Positions 12,701-24,789 of a stretch of 64,000 nt of DNA are shown here, piece after piece. Under the pieces are notes generated by a model. The model worked only from the letters and a program-made list of their open reading frames with translations, had not been told where the DNA came from and searched no databases. Numbering within the stretch: the stretch's first letter is position 1; every line of letters starts with the position of its first letter. The translations under genes and the position numbers were made by a program. Location of the stretch: assembly GCF_963921235.1 (NCBI RefSeq), contig NC_086104.1, positions 40,486,001-40,550,000 on the forward strand, written 5' to 3'. This stretch comes from Mobula hypostoma (Eukaryota).

Positions 12701-14761
12701 GAAACAAAGTTATTATAATAGGTGATTTTAACTTCCCACCTATTGACCGGGACTCCCATACTATAAAAGGACTAGATGCGGTACAGTTTGTCAAATGTGT
12801 TCAGGAGAGTTTACTTAATCAGTACATTGAAGTCCCAACAAGAAAATGTATGACACTTGATCTGCTATTAGGGAATGAGGCAGGGCAGGTGACAGATGTT
12901 TGTGTAGAACACTTTGCATCTAGTGATCATAATGCCATTAATTTCAAAGTAAATATGCAAAAAATAGGGAGAAAAGCCAATTTTGATAGTATCAGAAAGG
13001 ATTTGGCAAGTGTGGATTGGGACAGGCTGTTTTCTGGAAAAGGTGTACTTGAAAAGTGGGAGGCCTTCAAAAGTGAAATTTTGAGCGAACAAGGTTTGTA
13101 TGTGCCTGTCAGAGTAAAAGGTGAAGATAGCAGGTTTAGGGAACCTTGGTTTTCAAGTTTATTGAGGCCCAGGTTAAGAAAGAAAAAGGAGGTATATTGC
13201 AGGTACAGACAAGTAGGAATAAATAAGGTGCTAATGGAGTAAAAAAAATGTAAGAGAAAGAAATGAGGAAGGCTTAAAGAAGGCATGAGGTTGCCCCAGC
13301 AGACAAGGTGAAGGGGAATCCTAATGGATTCTACAGATATGTTAAGACCAAAAGGACTACAAGGATAAAATTGGTCCTCTGGAAGATCAGAATGGTAATC
13401 CACACATGGGAGATCTTCAGTGAAATTTTTGCATCTGTATTTACTCAGGAGAGGGACACAAAGTCTACAGAAGTGAGGTAAAGTGGCATCAATTTCATGG
13501 ACCCTGTACAGATTACACAGGAGGAGGTGTTTGCTGTCCTGAGGCAAAATAGGTGGATAAATCCCCAGGGCCTGACAAGGTGTTCTCTCAGACCCTGTGG
13601 TAGGCAAGTGCAGAAATTGCCTGGGCTCTGGCTGAGATTGTTAAATCATCCTCAGTGACAGGTGAGGTTCCGGAGGATTGGAGGATAGCCAATGTTGTCC
13701 TGTTGTTCATGAAAGGTTCTAAAAATAAACCAGGTAATCATAGGCCAGTGAGCGTGATATCAGTTGTGGGAAAATTATTGTGAGTTATTCAAAGGGACCA
13801 AATATATGAAATGCTGATTAAGGATAGTCAGCATGGCTTCGTGCGTGGTAGGTTGTGTCTAACCAATCTTATAGAGTTTTTCGAGGAAGTTACCAGGAAA
13901 GTTGATGGATGCAAGGTAGTGGATGTTGTCTACATGGACTTTAGAAAGGCAGTGACAAGGTCCCACATAGGAGATTGGTCAATGAGGCTCAGTTGCTCAG
14001 CACTCAAGATGAGGTAGTAAATTGGATTAGACATTGACTTTGTGGGAGAAGCCAGAGAGTGGCAGTAGATGGTTATCTCTCTGAGTAGTGGAATGCTGCA
14101 GAGATCGGTGCTGGATCTGTTGTATTTGTCCTCTATATTGACATCTTGATGATAATGTGGTTAACTAGATCAGCTAATTTGCAGACGACACCAAGACCGG
14201 GGGTGTAGCACACAATAAGGAAGACTACTCATATCATGGCTTGCAGCAGAATCTGGACTAGCTAGAAAAATGGGATTTAAAAAAAAGGGCAGATAGAATT
14301 TAATACAGACAAGTGCGAGGTATAAGAGTAAGTCTTACACAGTGAACGGCAGGACATTGAGGAATGCTGCAGAACAAAGTGATCTAAGAATAGAGGTCCA
14401 GAATTCACTGAAAGTGGAGTCACAAGAAGATTAGGTTGTAAAGAAAGCTTTTGGTAAGTTGGTCTTCATAAATTAAAGTATTGAGTACAGGATGTTATGT
14501 TGAAGTTGTACAAGACGTTGGTGAGGACTAATTTGGAGTATTGAATGCAGGTTTGGTCATCTACCTACAGAAAAGATGTAAATAAGGTTGAAAGGGTACA
14601 GAGAAAGTTTACAAGGATGTTGTCGGGACTGAAGGACCAGAGTTATCAGGAAAGACTGAATCGGTTTGGACTTTATCCTTGGAACGTAGAAGATTGAAGG
14701 GAGAATTGACTGAGGCGTACAAAATATTATGAGGGATATAGGTAGGGTAAATGAAAGCAAG

Positions 14762-15328
14762 GGGTATATGGGGTGTCAGGGAGGGGTAGCACCTCTGGTG
14801 GGGGAACATGTCGCGTCCTTTTTTGGACGGTTAGTCCACCTTTGGTCCCCACCTGGCACTCAGCTCTCACCTGTGGTTCCCAGTAGCTGTTTGCATGCAA
14901 CAGCGGCCACACCCCGGGCAATGGCTTTGACCAGCCGGCTAAACCAGGTGAGGGAAGCCGATGGGTCTCAAACCCTCAGTGAGATAGGGAGTTGTCTATC
15001 CCAGCATGTGAAGATAGACGCCGGCGGATTGAGCAGACAAAACCAATGGAAGGTCCAACGGTCAAGAAGGCGGTCTCTGCAAGCATCGTGGAACGTGTAG
15101 AGCAGGACAAGACACAGAAGACGTCCTGGTCATCCACTGCGCCTAGTCCCATCTCCAGCTGTCTAGACTCTGTCTTGCCACTGGACCCAGATGGGAATTG
15201 GGAAGAGAGAGTGAGGCTGACGCTGCGCAACTCTCCCTCACTTAAATCCAAATCACGCGCTAGTCTCGACACCATCATAATGGTGTCAAGGTCCTCATCG
15301 ACGTCAACGATGGACGAACAACAACAAC
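14762..15328 (+). mobile_element. Young RTE-type non-autonomous retroelement with 5' HDV-like ribozyme
   Basis: 13-bp TSD AAATGAAAGCAAG (14749-14761 / 15329-15341); (CAA)n tail; no coding homology; nested in CR1. Confidence 0.85.
14770..14954 (+). ncRNA. HDV-like (delta) self-cleaving ribozyme candidate
   Basis: P1 GGGGTGT 14770-76 / ACACCCC 14909-15; P2 CTCTCACCTGT 14864-74 / AC(C)AGGTGAGGG 14943-54; P3 GGT 14875-77 / GCC 14906-08; P1.1 CC 14879-80 / GG 14916-17; GGGCAA junction; P4 TGGCT 14922-26 / AGCCG 14933-37; J4/2 GCTAA with candidate catalytic C14939. Confidence 0.78.
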
Positions 15329-16469
15329 AAATGAAAGCAAGCTTTTCCCACTGAGGTTGGGTGGGACTACAAATAAACATCATGGGTTAAGAGTGAAAGG
15401 TGTAAAGTTTAAAGGGAACCTTCTTCACTCAGAGGGCCATGAGTGTGTGGAACGAGATGCCAGTGTAATTGGTGCATGCAAGCTCTATTTCAAAGTTTAA
15501 GAGGAGTTTACATAAGTACGTGGATAGCAGGGGTATGGAGGGCTATGATCCTGGTGCAGGTCGATGGGAGTAGGCAGTTTAATTGGTTTGGCATGGACTA
15601 GATGGGCCAAAGTGCCTGCTTCTGTGCTGTATTATTCTTAAACTCTATGCGGAAGAAGGTCTAGTGGTTGGACAACTAACGTATAACTTTTTGGCCTGAA
15701 TACTAGACAGTACATGTGGCGTAAAAATATAATACTGTGCATCCGCCAGGTAACACCATCCCTACTATAAAGTATGCTATGGGGATGCTTTTCAGCAGCA
15801 GGGACCGGAATTCTGGTCAGGATTGATGAGAGAAAGAATGCTGTCAAGTACAGAGAGATCCTGGATAAAAACCTGTTAAGACTGCCAGACAGCTTAAACT
15901 GGAGAGGAAGTTAGCCTTTACTCAGGACAACAACCCAAAGCACACTGCCAGAGCAACCTTGAAGTGGCTTCAAATGAAGAAAATTGATGGCATTGAGTAG
16001 CCCAGTCAGGGTCCTGTCCTTAACCCAATCGACCATCTCTGGCAAGTGCTCAAAGCTGCTGCCCACTGCCACTCCCCAAGTAATCTGGCACAGCTTGAGC
16101 AATTTTGCAAGGAGAAATGGGCAAATCCTGCTCCATCACATTGTGCAAAGCTAATAGAACCTCATCCAAAAAGACTACTGACTGTAATAGCTGTGAGAGG
16201 TAGTTTAACTAAGTACTGAGCAAAGGGGGAATGAATATATTTGAACTATTGACATTTCAGTTTCTAAATTTTTAATTTTTTATCCCTGTTCTTGGGCTCT
16301 ATTATGACAGAAGGAGTATGTGATTCACAAACAAAAGTTGTCAGTTAAATTGATCAAAAACCCTGGTTGTAATACTCATTTAAGGGAACAAAGGGGTGGG
16401 GACTGAATACATTTACAAGGCACTGTAACAAGTAATAGGTTGCACTCAAGACAGCTATCCCATTGGGCT

Positions 16470-18310
16470 AAAAAGATCAGAAGACGATAAAACAAAGGAG
16501 TAGAATTAGGCCATTTGGCCCACGAATTCTGCTCCGCCATTCCATCACGGCTGATTTATTATTCCTCTGAACCCCATTCTCTTGCTTTCTCCCCGCAACC
16601 TTGATGTGTCAACTAATCAAGAACATATCAACCTCTGCTTTAAATATACTCAGTGATTTGGCCTCTACAGCTATTCGTGACAATGAATTCCTCAGATTCA
16701 CCATCCTCTGGCTAAAGAAATTCCTCTCATCTCCGTTTAAATGGTTGTCCCTCTATTCTGAGGCTATGCCCTCTGGTCATTAGACTCACCCACTATAGGA
16801 AACAGCCTCTCCACAACCATTCTATCTAGACCTATCAATATTCAATAGGTTTCAATAAGATTCCCTCTCATTCTTCTAAACTCCATCGAGTCCAGGCCCA
16901 GAGCCATCAAATGATCATGGAATCATTTTCATGAACATCCTTTGGATCCTTTCAAATGCCAGCACAACTTTTCTTAGATAAGGGACCAAAAATAGTTCAT
17001 AATACTTGAAGTGCAGTCTGACCAATACCTTATATCCTTGCTCCTATATTCTAGTCCTCTTGAAATAAAATGCAAACATTGCATCTGCTTCCTTATCACC
17101 GACTGAACCTGCAATGTTAACCTTTATGGAATCCTGCACAAGAACTCCCAAGACCCTTTGTACCTCTAACTTTTGAATTTTCTCCCTGTTTAGAAAATAG
17201 TTTATGCCTTTATTCCTTCTACCAAAGTGCATGACCACACACTACCCTGAACCATATTCCGTCTATCACTTCTTTTCCCATTCTCTTAATGTGTCTAAGT
17301 CCTTCTGCACTTCCACATTTCTTCGTATCATCTGCAAACTTGGCCAAAAAGCCATCAATTCTGTCATCCAGATCACTTTGGCTTTCTTTATTCTCACATC
17401 TTTGCCTCCTGCCATTCCTGTAATACCATGGCACTTATCTTGTTAAGCAGCTTAATGTACAGCACCTTGTTAAGGGCCTTCTGAAAATCCAAACAACATC
17501 CACTGACTCTCCTTTGACCATTCTGCTTGTTCCAACAAAAGGTTCCAACAGATTTCTCAGGCAAGATTTCCACTTAAGGAAACTATGCTGACTTTGGTCT
17601 ATTTTATCATGTGTTTTCAAGTACCCTGAAACCTTATCCTAAATAATGGGCTCCAAAATCTTCCCAAACACTGAAGACAGGCTAACTGGCCTATAATTTC
17701 ATTTCTTATGCATACTTCTCGCCTTAAAGAGTGGAGTAACATTTGCAATTTTCCAGTCCTCCAGAACCATTCCAGAATCTAGTGATTTTTGAAAGATCAT
17801 TACTAATCTCCACAATCTCTTCAGCTAGCTCTTTCAGAAGCCTGATGTGTAGTCTATCTTGGTCAGGAGACATGTACCTTCAGGACTTTCAACTTCCCCC
17901 TATTAATTGCAACTACACTCACTTCTGCTCTCTGATACTCTCACATTTCTGGCATACTGCTAGTGTCTTCCACAATGAAGACTGATGCAAATTACTTAGT
18001 AAGATCGTCTGCCATTTCTTTGTCCTCCGTTACTACCTCTCCAGCATAATTTCCCAAAGGTCTGATATCCACTCTTGCCTCGTTTCATCTCCATATCAAA
18101 AAACTTTTGATATCCTCTTTTATATTACTGGCTAGCTTACCTTCATATTTCATCTCTCTCCTTATGGCTTTTTTAATTGCTTGTGCTGGTTTTAAAAAAA
18201 CTTCCCAATCCTCTAACTTCCCATTAATTTATGTTAAATTTTATGCCCCATCTTGCTTTTATGCTGTTTTTGACTTCCCCTGTCAGCCACGATTGCCTCA
18301 TCTTCTCTTT
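16470..18310 (-). mobile_element. CR1 LINE, 5'-truncated, decayed
   Basis: Minus-strand RT pieces (IDQSQHSFLKWKSCLRNLL, AKFADDTK, VMHFGRRN); CR1 3' tail near 16480-16530. Confidence 0.85.
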
Positions 18311-18515
18311 AAATATGAATACCAATAAATCCACATTTGTCTTTTTGGTTAAATCTACTTCATTCAGAGCACAAAACCGAAAGCTTGGAGAAAATGTTAA
18401 CAGTACATACTTCAGCTTAATATGCAAAATAATTTAGTACTGTTTATCCATAATAACCAAGTGAAAAACTTGGTTTTCAAACCTAACACCAACAAAATAA
18501 AACTCCAAAAATTAC

Positions 18516-18646
18516 CTTGCAATTCAACTGGTACTGGGACACCATTAAGATAGTGAAAGAACAAAGCAGAACATCGTAGATAGGGCATAATTCCAGTCTT
18601 GATATATTGCCAAAGGTGCCAACCCGAGGCCAAGAAATTCAAGGCA
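18516..18646 (-). CDS. UBR2: UBR2 coding exon ([43 protein letters not shown])
   Basis: tccaatag / gtaat, 131 nt, phase 2/1. Confidence 0.96.
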
Positions 18647-19359
18647 CTATTGGAAATAAAACGCAAAAGCAATGATTCTTTAAGATGATGATGCGCACTT
18701 AAAAAAACAATATAGTAATCTGTAGCATTTCATCATGTACCAACAGCGCAGAATTTGAAATCTTATTTTATATCAATGTTCTCACAGCCATTCTGCTGTT
18801 GTCTTAAACTAATTTCAAACTATCAGACAGCTTCTCCCAGGCTACCTTATACTGATTCTTTGTAAGAACATCTGTTCCCCAAGTGTTTAAAGATCCACTT
18901 AATTTCAAGCCACTGAAGGCAGATTTCTGTTTATCAACTTTATGATGCCAATTGTCATGACTTGGATGAAAGACTGGATTAATTTATTGCCAGGATCTCA
19001 CCATAAAGTCTTCTCCCATTTCATGTTATATTCCACAGAAAATATAATCCCTCAAGTAACTAGTCCAAATGATGAGTCTTCAAGAGTCTAGATGGCGAAT
19101 AATAGTACAATACTGGAATGGCCTTGAGGAGGATAAGGGGTCACCTAGTCACGAGAAGCTATGTTGGGTGGTTTCCTTCTTTTCACCCCAGAAAAAATCT
19201 GCAGGACAATTTTAGCCAATTAGGTTAACACAGTATTCGGAACACTGAGCTGTCAAGGATCTTCCCTGAAACTATAGTCTTAATTGTAATGAAATTAAAA
19301 ACCAATGAACAGCCAATAAATCACTTGCAATTGACTTTGTGATGACATTGAATAGATGT

Positions 19360-20780
19360 TGTACCTGGCTGAATACTAAAGATCTGTAAAAACCAACTGT
19401 CCGGAGTACTTATGGGCATATTTAAGCTCTTGTTTCTGCAGTTTGAGGTTCTGCTTGCTTCAAAAATGCACATAATGTTTTGGCACCGAAGAAGAGCTGG
19501 ATGATCTGGCTCAATGTCTACCGTTTGGTAGTATTTACATCAATTGTAATGAAGTGCTTCAAAAGGTAGGTTATGGGACGAATCAACTCTTGTCTCAGAA
19601 ATAGCCTGGATCTGCTCCAATTTGCCTACTGCCACAACAGGTGAACAGCAGATGTGATTTCTATGGCTCTTTACTCCGCTCTAGACCATCTGGAAACCAG
19701 GAACTTGTACATCAGGCTGCTGTTCATTGATGATGCTTGGTGTACAACACAATCAGCCCACCCAAATTCATCATCAAGCTTCAGGCTTCCATATTTCCTT
19801 CTGCAACTATACACTCAACTTTGTTACTGGCAAGTCTCAGTTACTGAGGATTTGTAACAACGACTCATCTTCACTGATCATCAACATAATTTATCCCCCT
19901 GTTCACATCTCTATACATGGATCTGTGTGGCTAAGCACAGCACTAATGCCACCTTCAAATCTGTCAACACACAGATGACAATGAATCACCTTACTGGAGC
20001 AAGATCCACTAATGGTGGAATGGTGGCACAACAACATCTTGCTCAACATCAGCAAAACTGAAGAGTTGATTGTTGACTTCAGGAAGGTGAAGAAGGGCCA
20101 ACATGCACCAGTCTACATTGGGGGATTTGCAGGGGAGAGTCGGCAGCTTTACATTTCTGGGCATTAACCAATTGGATGACCTGTCCTGGGTCCAGCATAT
20201 AGATACAATGATAAGGAAAGTGTGCCAGCATCTTTACTTTCTCACGAGGATAAGGAGGTTTGGCTTGTCACTGAACCCTAACAAACTTCTACAGATGTAC
20301 TGTTGGAAGTAACCTGACTGTTACATCATGGTCTGATATAGTAATTTGAATGGTCAGGAATGTAATAAGTTACATGACTTAACAATGCATCATGAGCACA
20401 TCCCATTCTACAATCAATATTATCTACAGAAGGCACTGCTTCAAGGCAGCATCATCCAAAAGTCCCTACCATCTGGGCCATGTCATCTTTTTGAAGCTAC
20501 CAATGAGAAAGAGTGACAGAAGCTCCATGCCATCAGGTTCAAGAACAGTTATTTCCCTTCAATCATTTGGTCTTCAAACCAACCAGAAAAACCATAATCA
20601 CCATTGCAGTCTAGCAACACTAAGACAACACTTATCGCTTTGTATGACAATGGACTTTGATTTTTGTTTTTTTTTCTTGTGAAGTTGTGAAAACTTAAGT
20701 TCATTTTTTTCTTGTGAATGCTGCTTATATAGTGCTATGTTCCTGTGATGCTGCTGCAAGTTTTTCACTGCACTGGTACA
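19360..20780 (+). mobile_element. Rex-Babar LINE (decayed RT); 3' end resumes after the Tc1 at about 22941-22980
   Basis: DLLQFAY...ALYSALDHLETRNLYIRLLFID; FTFLGI...DLSW...QHLYFL motifs. Confidence 0.75.
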
Positions 20781-20782
20781 TA

Positions 20783-22940
20783 CAGTGCCTTGTGAAAGTA
20801 TTCAGCCTCAACCCTTTTTTCACATAAATAAGTATTACAACCAGGGATTTTGATTATTTTAACTGACAATTTTTATTTCTGACTCACATTATCCTTTTTT
20901 CACAGTAGAGCCCAAAAAACAGGGTAAATTGCAAAACATGAAAAACTAAGAACTCAAAACCTGAAGTGCCAGCAATTCAGAAGTATTTATTCCCGCTATG
21001 CTCAGTAATTCAGAAGTATTTATTCCCGCTATGCTCAGTACTTAGTCGAACCATCTCTCACAGCTATTACAGACGGTGGTCTTTATCAATGTTTCTATTA
21101 ACTTTGCACAATGTGATGGAGCGAGATTTGCCAATTTCTCCTTGCAAAATTGCCCAAGCTGTGCCAGGTTATTTGGGGAGCGGCGGTGGACAGCAATTTT
21201 GAGGTCTGCCCAGGGATGTTTGATCAGGTTAAGGTCAGGACTCCGACTTGCCAATAAAGGACATCAATTTTCTTCATTTGAAGGCACTCCAAGGTTGCTA
21301 CGGCAGTGTGCTTTGGGTCGATGTCCTACTGAAAGACAAATTTCCTCCCCAGTTTAAGCTTTCTGGCAGAGGCTAGCAGGTTTTTATCCCTGTATTTAGC
21401 AGTATTCATGATCCTATCAACCCTGACCAGATTTCCAGTCCCTATTGCTGAAAAGCATTACTGTAGCATGATGCTACCTCCACATACTTTAATAGTAGGG
21501 ATGGTATTACCTGGCTGATGTGCAGTATTACATTTATGCCACATGTGCCGTTTAGTGTTGAGACCAAAAAGTTCCACTTATAACACCTTCTTCCACATCT
21601 TTACAGTATCTTTGCTTTGCAAAGTCTTTACAAGCAAGGATATGCTATTCATTAGCCAGGGCTTCTTCCTTGACACTTTTTCATAAATAACCTTTTTTGT
21701 GCAAGGCCTTTGAGATTGTGGAGCCATGAACTTCATTTCCAGTTGCAGCCACTGACTTCTGCAGCTCACTCTGAGTAAGTGTTGGCATCACAGTAGCCTC
21801 TCTTACAAGTGCCGTTCTTCTCTAGTGACTAAGTTTAGACGGGTGGCCTGATCAAAGCAGTGTGGCTGTTGTTTCATATTTCTCCATTTTGACACAATGG
21901 ACTTCACCGAGCTCTGAGGTATGTTCAGTGCCTTTGAGATGGTCTTGTACCGTTCCCAGATTTGTGCTTCTCTATTATCATTTCCCTAACTTGTCTTGAA
22001 TGCTCTTCTGTCTTCAATTTGGTTTGGTCTGTTGAAAATCTATCATACTAAAGGACCTTACAGAGAAAGGATGTATTTATTCTTATGAGTTCATTGAAAG
22101 CAGTTTATCCTCCAATTTTCTACATGAACAATTTGGGTGAGATGGTAGGGTGATATGCAGTATTGCACCTGAGGATAGTTAGCATAGTAATTACAAAGGA
22201 ATGAATACTTTATCCAGAATCAGATTTAATATCACCTGTATATGTCGGGAAATTTGTTATCTTTATGGTAGCAGTACAATGAAATACATGACAAGTAAAT
22301 ATAGAGAAAAAAACTCAGTTACATTAAGTATATGTATGTCTATTAAATACTTAATTTAAAATAAATAGTGCAAAATAACAGAAATAAAAACATAACGAGG
22401 TAGTGTTCACGGGTTCAATGCGCATTTCAAAAAACGGATGGCAGAGGTGAAGAAGCTGTTCCTGAGTCGCTGAGTGTGTGCCTTCAGGCTTCTGTACCTC
22501 CTTCCCAACAGTAAAAGTTTGAAGAGGGCATGTCCTGGGTGGTGGGGATCTTTAATGATGGATAAGGCACCGCTCCTTAAAGATGTTTTAGCTACTACGC
22601 CGCCTTCCTAAGGCACCGCTCTTTAAAGATGTCTTGGCTACTACAGAGGCTGGACCCATGATAGAGCTGACTAATTTTACAATTTTCTGCAACTTATTTC
22701 AATCTTGTGCAGTAGCCCCCATGTACCAAATGGTGATGCAGCCAGTCAAAATGCTCTGGTCATAATTTTGGTTTTTAATTTTTAGTAAATCGATGGCAAG
22801 TTTTTCTTTTGATTTGACACGATGCACAATGTTTAGTAGATTAGCTCAAAAAATCTTATTTTAATATATTTTAAAATTAGAAAAATGAAACAGTAAAAAG
22901 TGAAAATAGTTATGGGAGCTGAATACTTTTTCAAAGCAAT
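20783..22940 (-). mobile_element. Tc1/mariner transposon, same family as 10402-16425, opposite orientation
   Basis: TA|CAGTGCCTTGTGAAAGTATTCAG terminus; SPDLNLIKHPW in ORF 21042..21254; inserted in the Rex-Babar 3' UTR; contains a LINE 3' fragment. Confidence 0.85.
22214..22757 (-). mobile_element. Rex-Babar/L2-type LINE 3' fragment nested in Tc1
   Basis: GATTCTG-type tail on the minus strand plus C-terminal ORF2 remnant; interrupts Tc1 sequence. Confidence 0.65.
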
Positions 22941-23359
22941 ACACATGCACTTGTGCATAGGACAATAAAAGACTTGAATGCACAACATTGTATTCAAACA
23001 AAAGACTTTAATTTAAACCTTATAATCGCTTATTTTTGTATTTCAAATTTGCTGACCTAAATTAACATACATATTTTCACGTCTGCCTCCAATCACTAAT
23101 TGTATTATGCTTCCACATGAAATATATGTTACGTTATCTTAACCTTCAGACCTCTCAGCAAGCAAGCAACATTACTTCTTACTTCAATATTATTATAGTA
23201 GGGAGCGGAAGTTAATTGAATGAAACAGCAAGTGCAAGTGGGAAATACAATTAGGATGTCACAAAGTTTTAAAACCTACATTTTCAGCATGATGAACCCT
23301 GGTTTTACAGAAAGCATTGCATTTGGTTTGGAGATGCAAACTTTAGAGTTCTGTTAATA

Positions 23360-24396
23360 AGTATGGGATCCAAGGGGAAATTGCTTTGTGGATCCAGAAC
23401 TAGCTTGCTCACAGAAGGCAAAGAGTGGTTGTAGACGGGTCATATTCTGCATGGACGTCAGTGACCAGTGGTGTGCCTCAGGGATCTGTTCTGGGACCCT
23501 TACTCTTCGTGCTTTTTATAAGTGACCTGGTTGAAGAAGTGGAGGGATGGGTTAGTAAATTTGTTGATGACACAAAGGTTGGAGGTGTGGTGGATAGTGT
23601 AGAGGGCTGTTAAAGGTTACAGTGGGATATTGATAGGATGCAAAATTGGGCCGAGAAGTGGCAGATGGAGTTCGACAGATAAGTGTGAGGTGGTTCATTT
23701 TGGTAGGTCAAATATGATGACAGAATATAGTATTAATGGTAAGACTCTTGGCAGAGTGGAGGATCAGAAGGATCTTGAAGTCCGAGTCCATAGGACACTC
23801 AAGGCTGCTGCGCAGGTTGACTCTGTGGTTAAGAAAGCATACTGTGCATTATCCTTCATTAATTGTGGGATTGAGTTTAGGAGCCAAGAGGTAATGTTGC
23901 AGCTATACAGGACCCTGGTCAGACCCCACTTGAAGTACTGTGCTCAGTTCTAGTTGCCTCACTACAGGAAGGATGTGGAAACCATAGAAAGGGTGCAGAG
24001 GAGATTTACAAGGATGTTGGCTGGACTGGGGAGCATGCTTTATGAGAATAGTTGAGTGAACTCGGCCTTTTTTCCTTGGAGCGACGGAAGATGAGAGGTG
24101 ACCTGATAGAGGTGTATAAGATGATAAGAGGCACTGATCGTGTGGATAGTCAGAGGCTTTTTCCCAGGGTGGAAATGGCTAGCACAAGAGGGCACAGTTA
24201 AGGTGCTCTGAAGTAGGTAAAGAGGAGATATCAGGGGTAATTTTTTATACGCAGAGAGTGGAGAGTGTGTGGAATGGGCTGCTGGCGACGGTGGTGGAGG
24301 CGGATACGATGGGGTCTTTTAAGAGGCTCCTGGACAGGTACATGGAGCTTAGAAAAATAGAGGGCTATGGGTAACCCTTGGTAATTTCTCAGGCAG
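23360..24396 (+). mobile_element. CR1 LINE 3' RT fragment, lacking its extreme 3' tail
   Basis: VTSGVPQGSVLGPLLF...SKFVDDTK; LYRTLVRPHLKYC. Confidence 0.9.
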
Positions 24397-24789
24397 GTGA
24401 TGCTTTACCAGAGACCATACCCTGAGCATGTGTATACATGTTCAAAGACAAGTCTAACACCACCCAAACGGCAGAGCCTGATCTCTTTATCCCCCGTTGT
24501 CACTGGATCAAGATTTTCCATTCCACAATATGAAGTTCTGGACTTGAAATACCAAGATCCTCATGGACTATTCCAAAAGTGCTAGACCACAATGCTGCAC
24601 TGCCTTGAATATGTTGAGAGGATGGCCGATTAAAATAACAATGTGGTGGATACACCTTCCTCTGAAGGAGCGTACAGGAAGGGAAACACTCACTTTATTG
24701 AGTGGGCTTCTCCATCCAGAATGATCTAGTCCGGCATCTTAGAGTCGCCCTTCCAACACCACCCCACACCCCCCGCCCCGGTAGGGGGA

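Larger units (their letters stand above)
11200..15648 (+). mobile_element. Near full-length decayed CR1 LINE (ORF1 Zn-finger/leucine zipper + esterase; ORF2 APE-RT)
   Basis: TCKKCIQLQLL...ELELELDEL, VVVGDSLVRG, IIGDFNFP, LDLLL, SDHNAI, SQHGFVRGRLCLTNL, FADD; CR1-type 3' tail; many stops and frameshifts. Confidence 0.9.
10402..16425 (+). mobile_element. Tc1/mariner transposon (decayed), interrupted by a CR1 LINE
   Basis: TA-flanked TIRs (TAATGCCTTGAAAATGTATTCA ... TGAATACATTTACAAGGCACTG); HTH-like ORF 10814..11023 (IIEKHRSGERYKTISKAL); DDE-region remnants at 15650-16220; inner direct repeats near 10595 and 16230. Confidence 0.85.

Noticed and set aside
14729-15383. Overlapping ORFs of 120-135 aa
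   Set aside because: No recognisable homology; they cross element boundaries and reflect GC-rich young sequence.
11200-15648. Intact or domesticated CR1 ORFs (and likewise the Tc1, RTE and ERV ORFs elsewhere)
   Set aside because: All carry multiple stops and frameshifts.
24397-24789. ERV 5' LTR or gag
   Set aside because: Only a short AGGCAGGTG match to the 3' LTR start; no extended LTR similarity, PBS or convincing gag motif on either strand.
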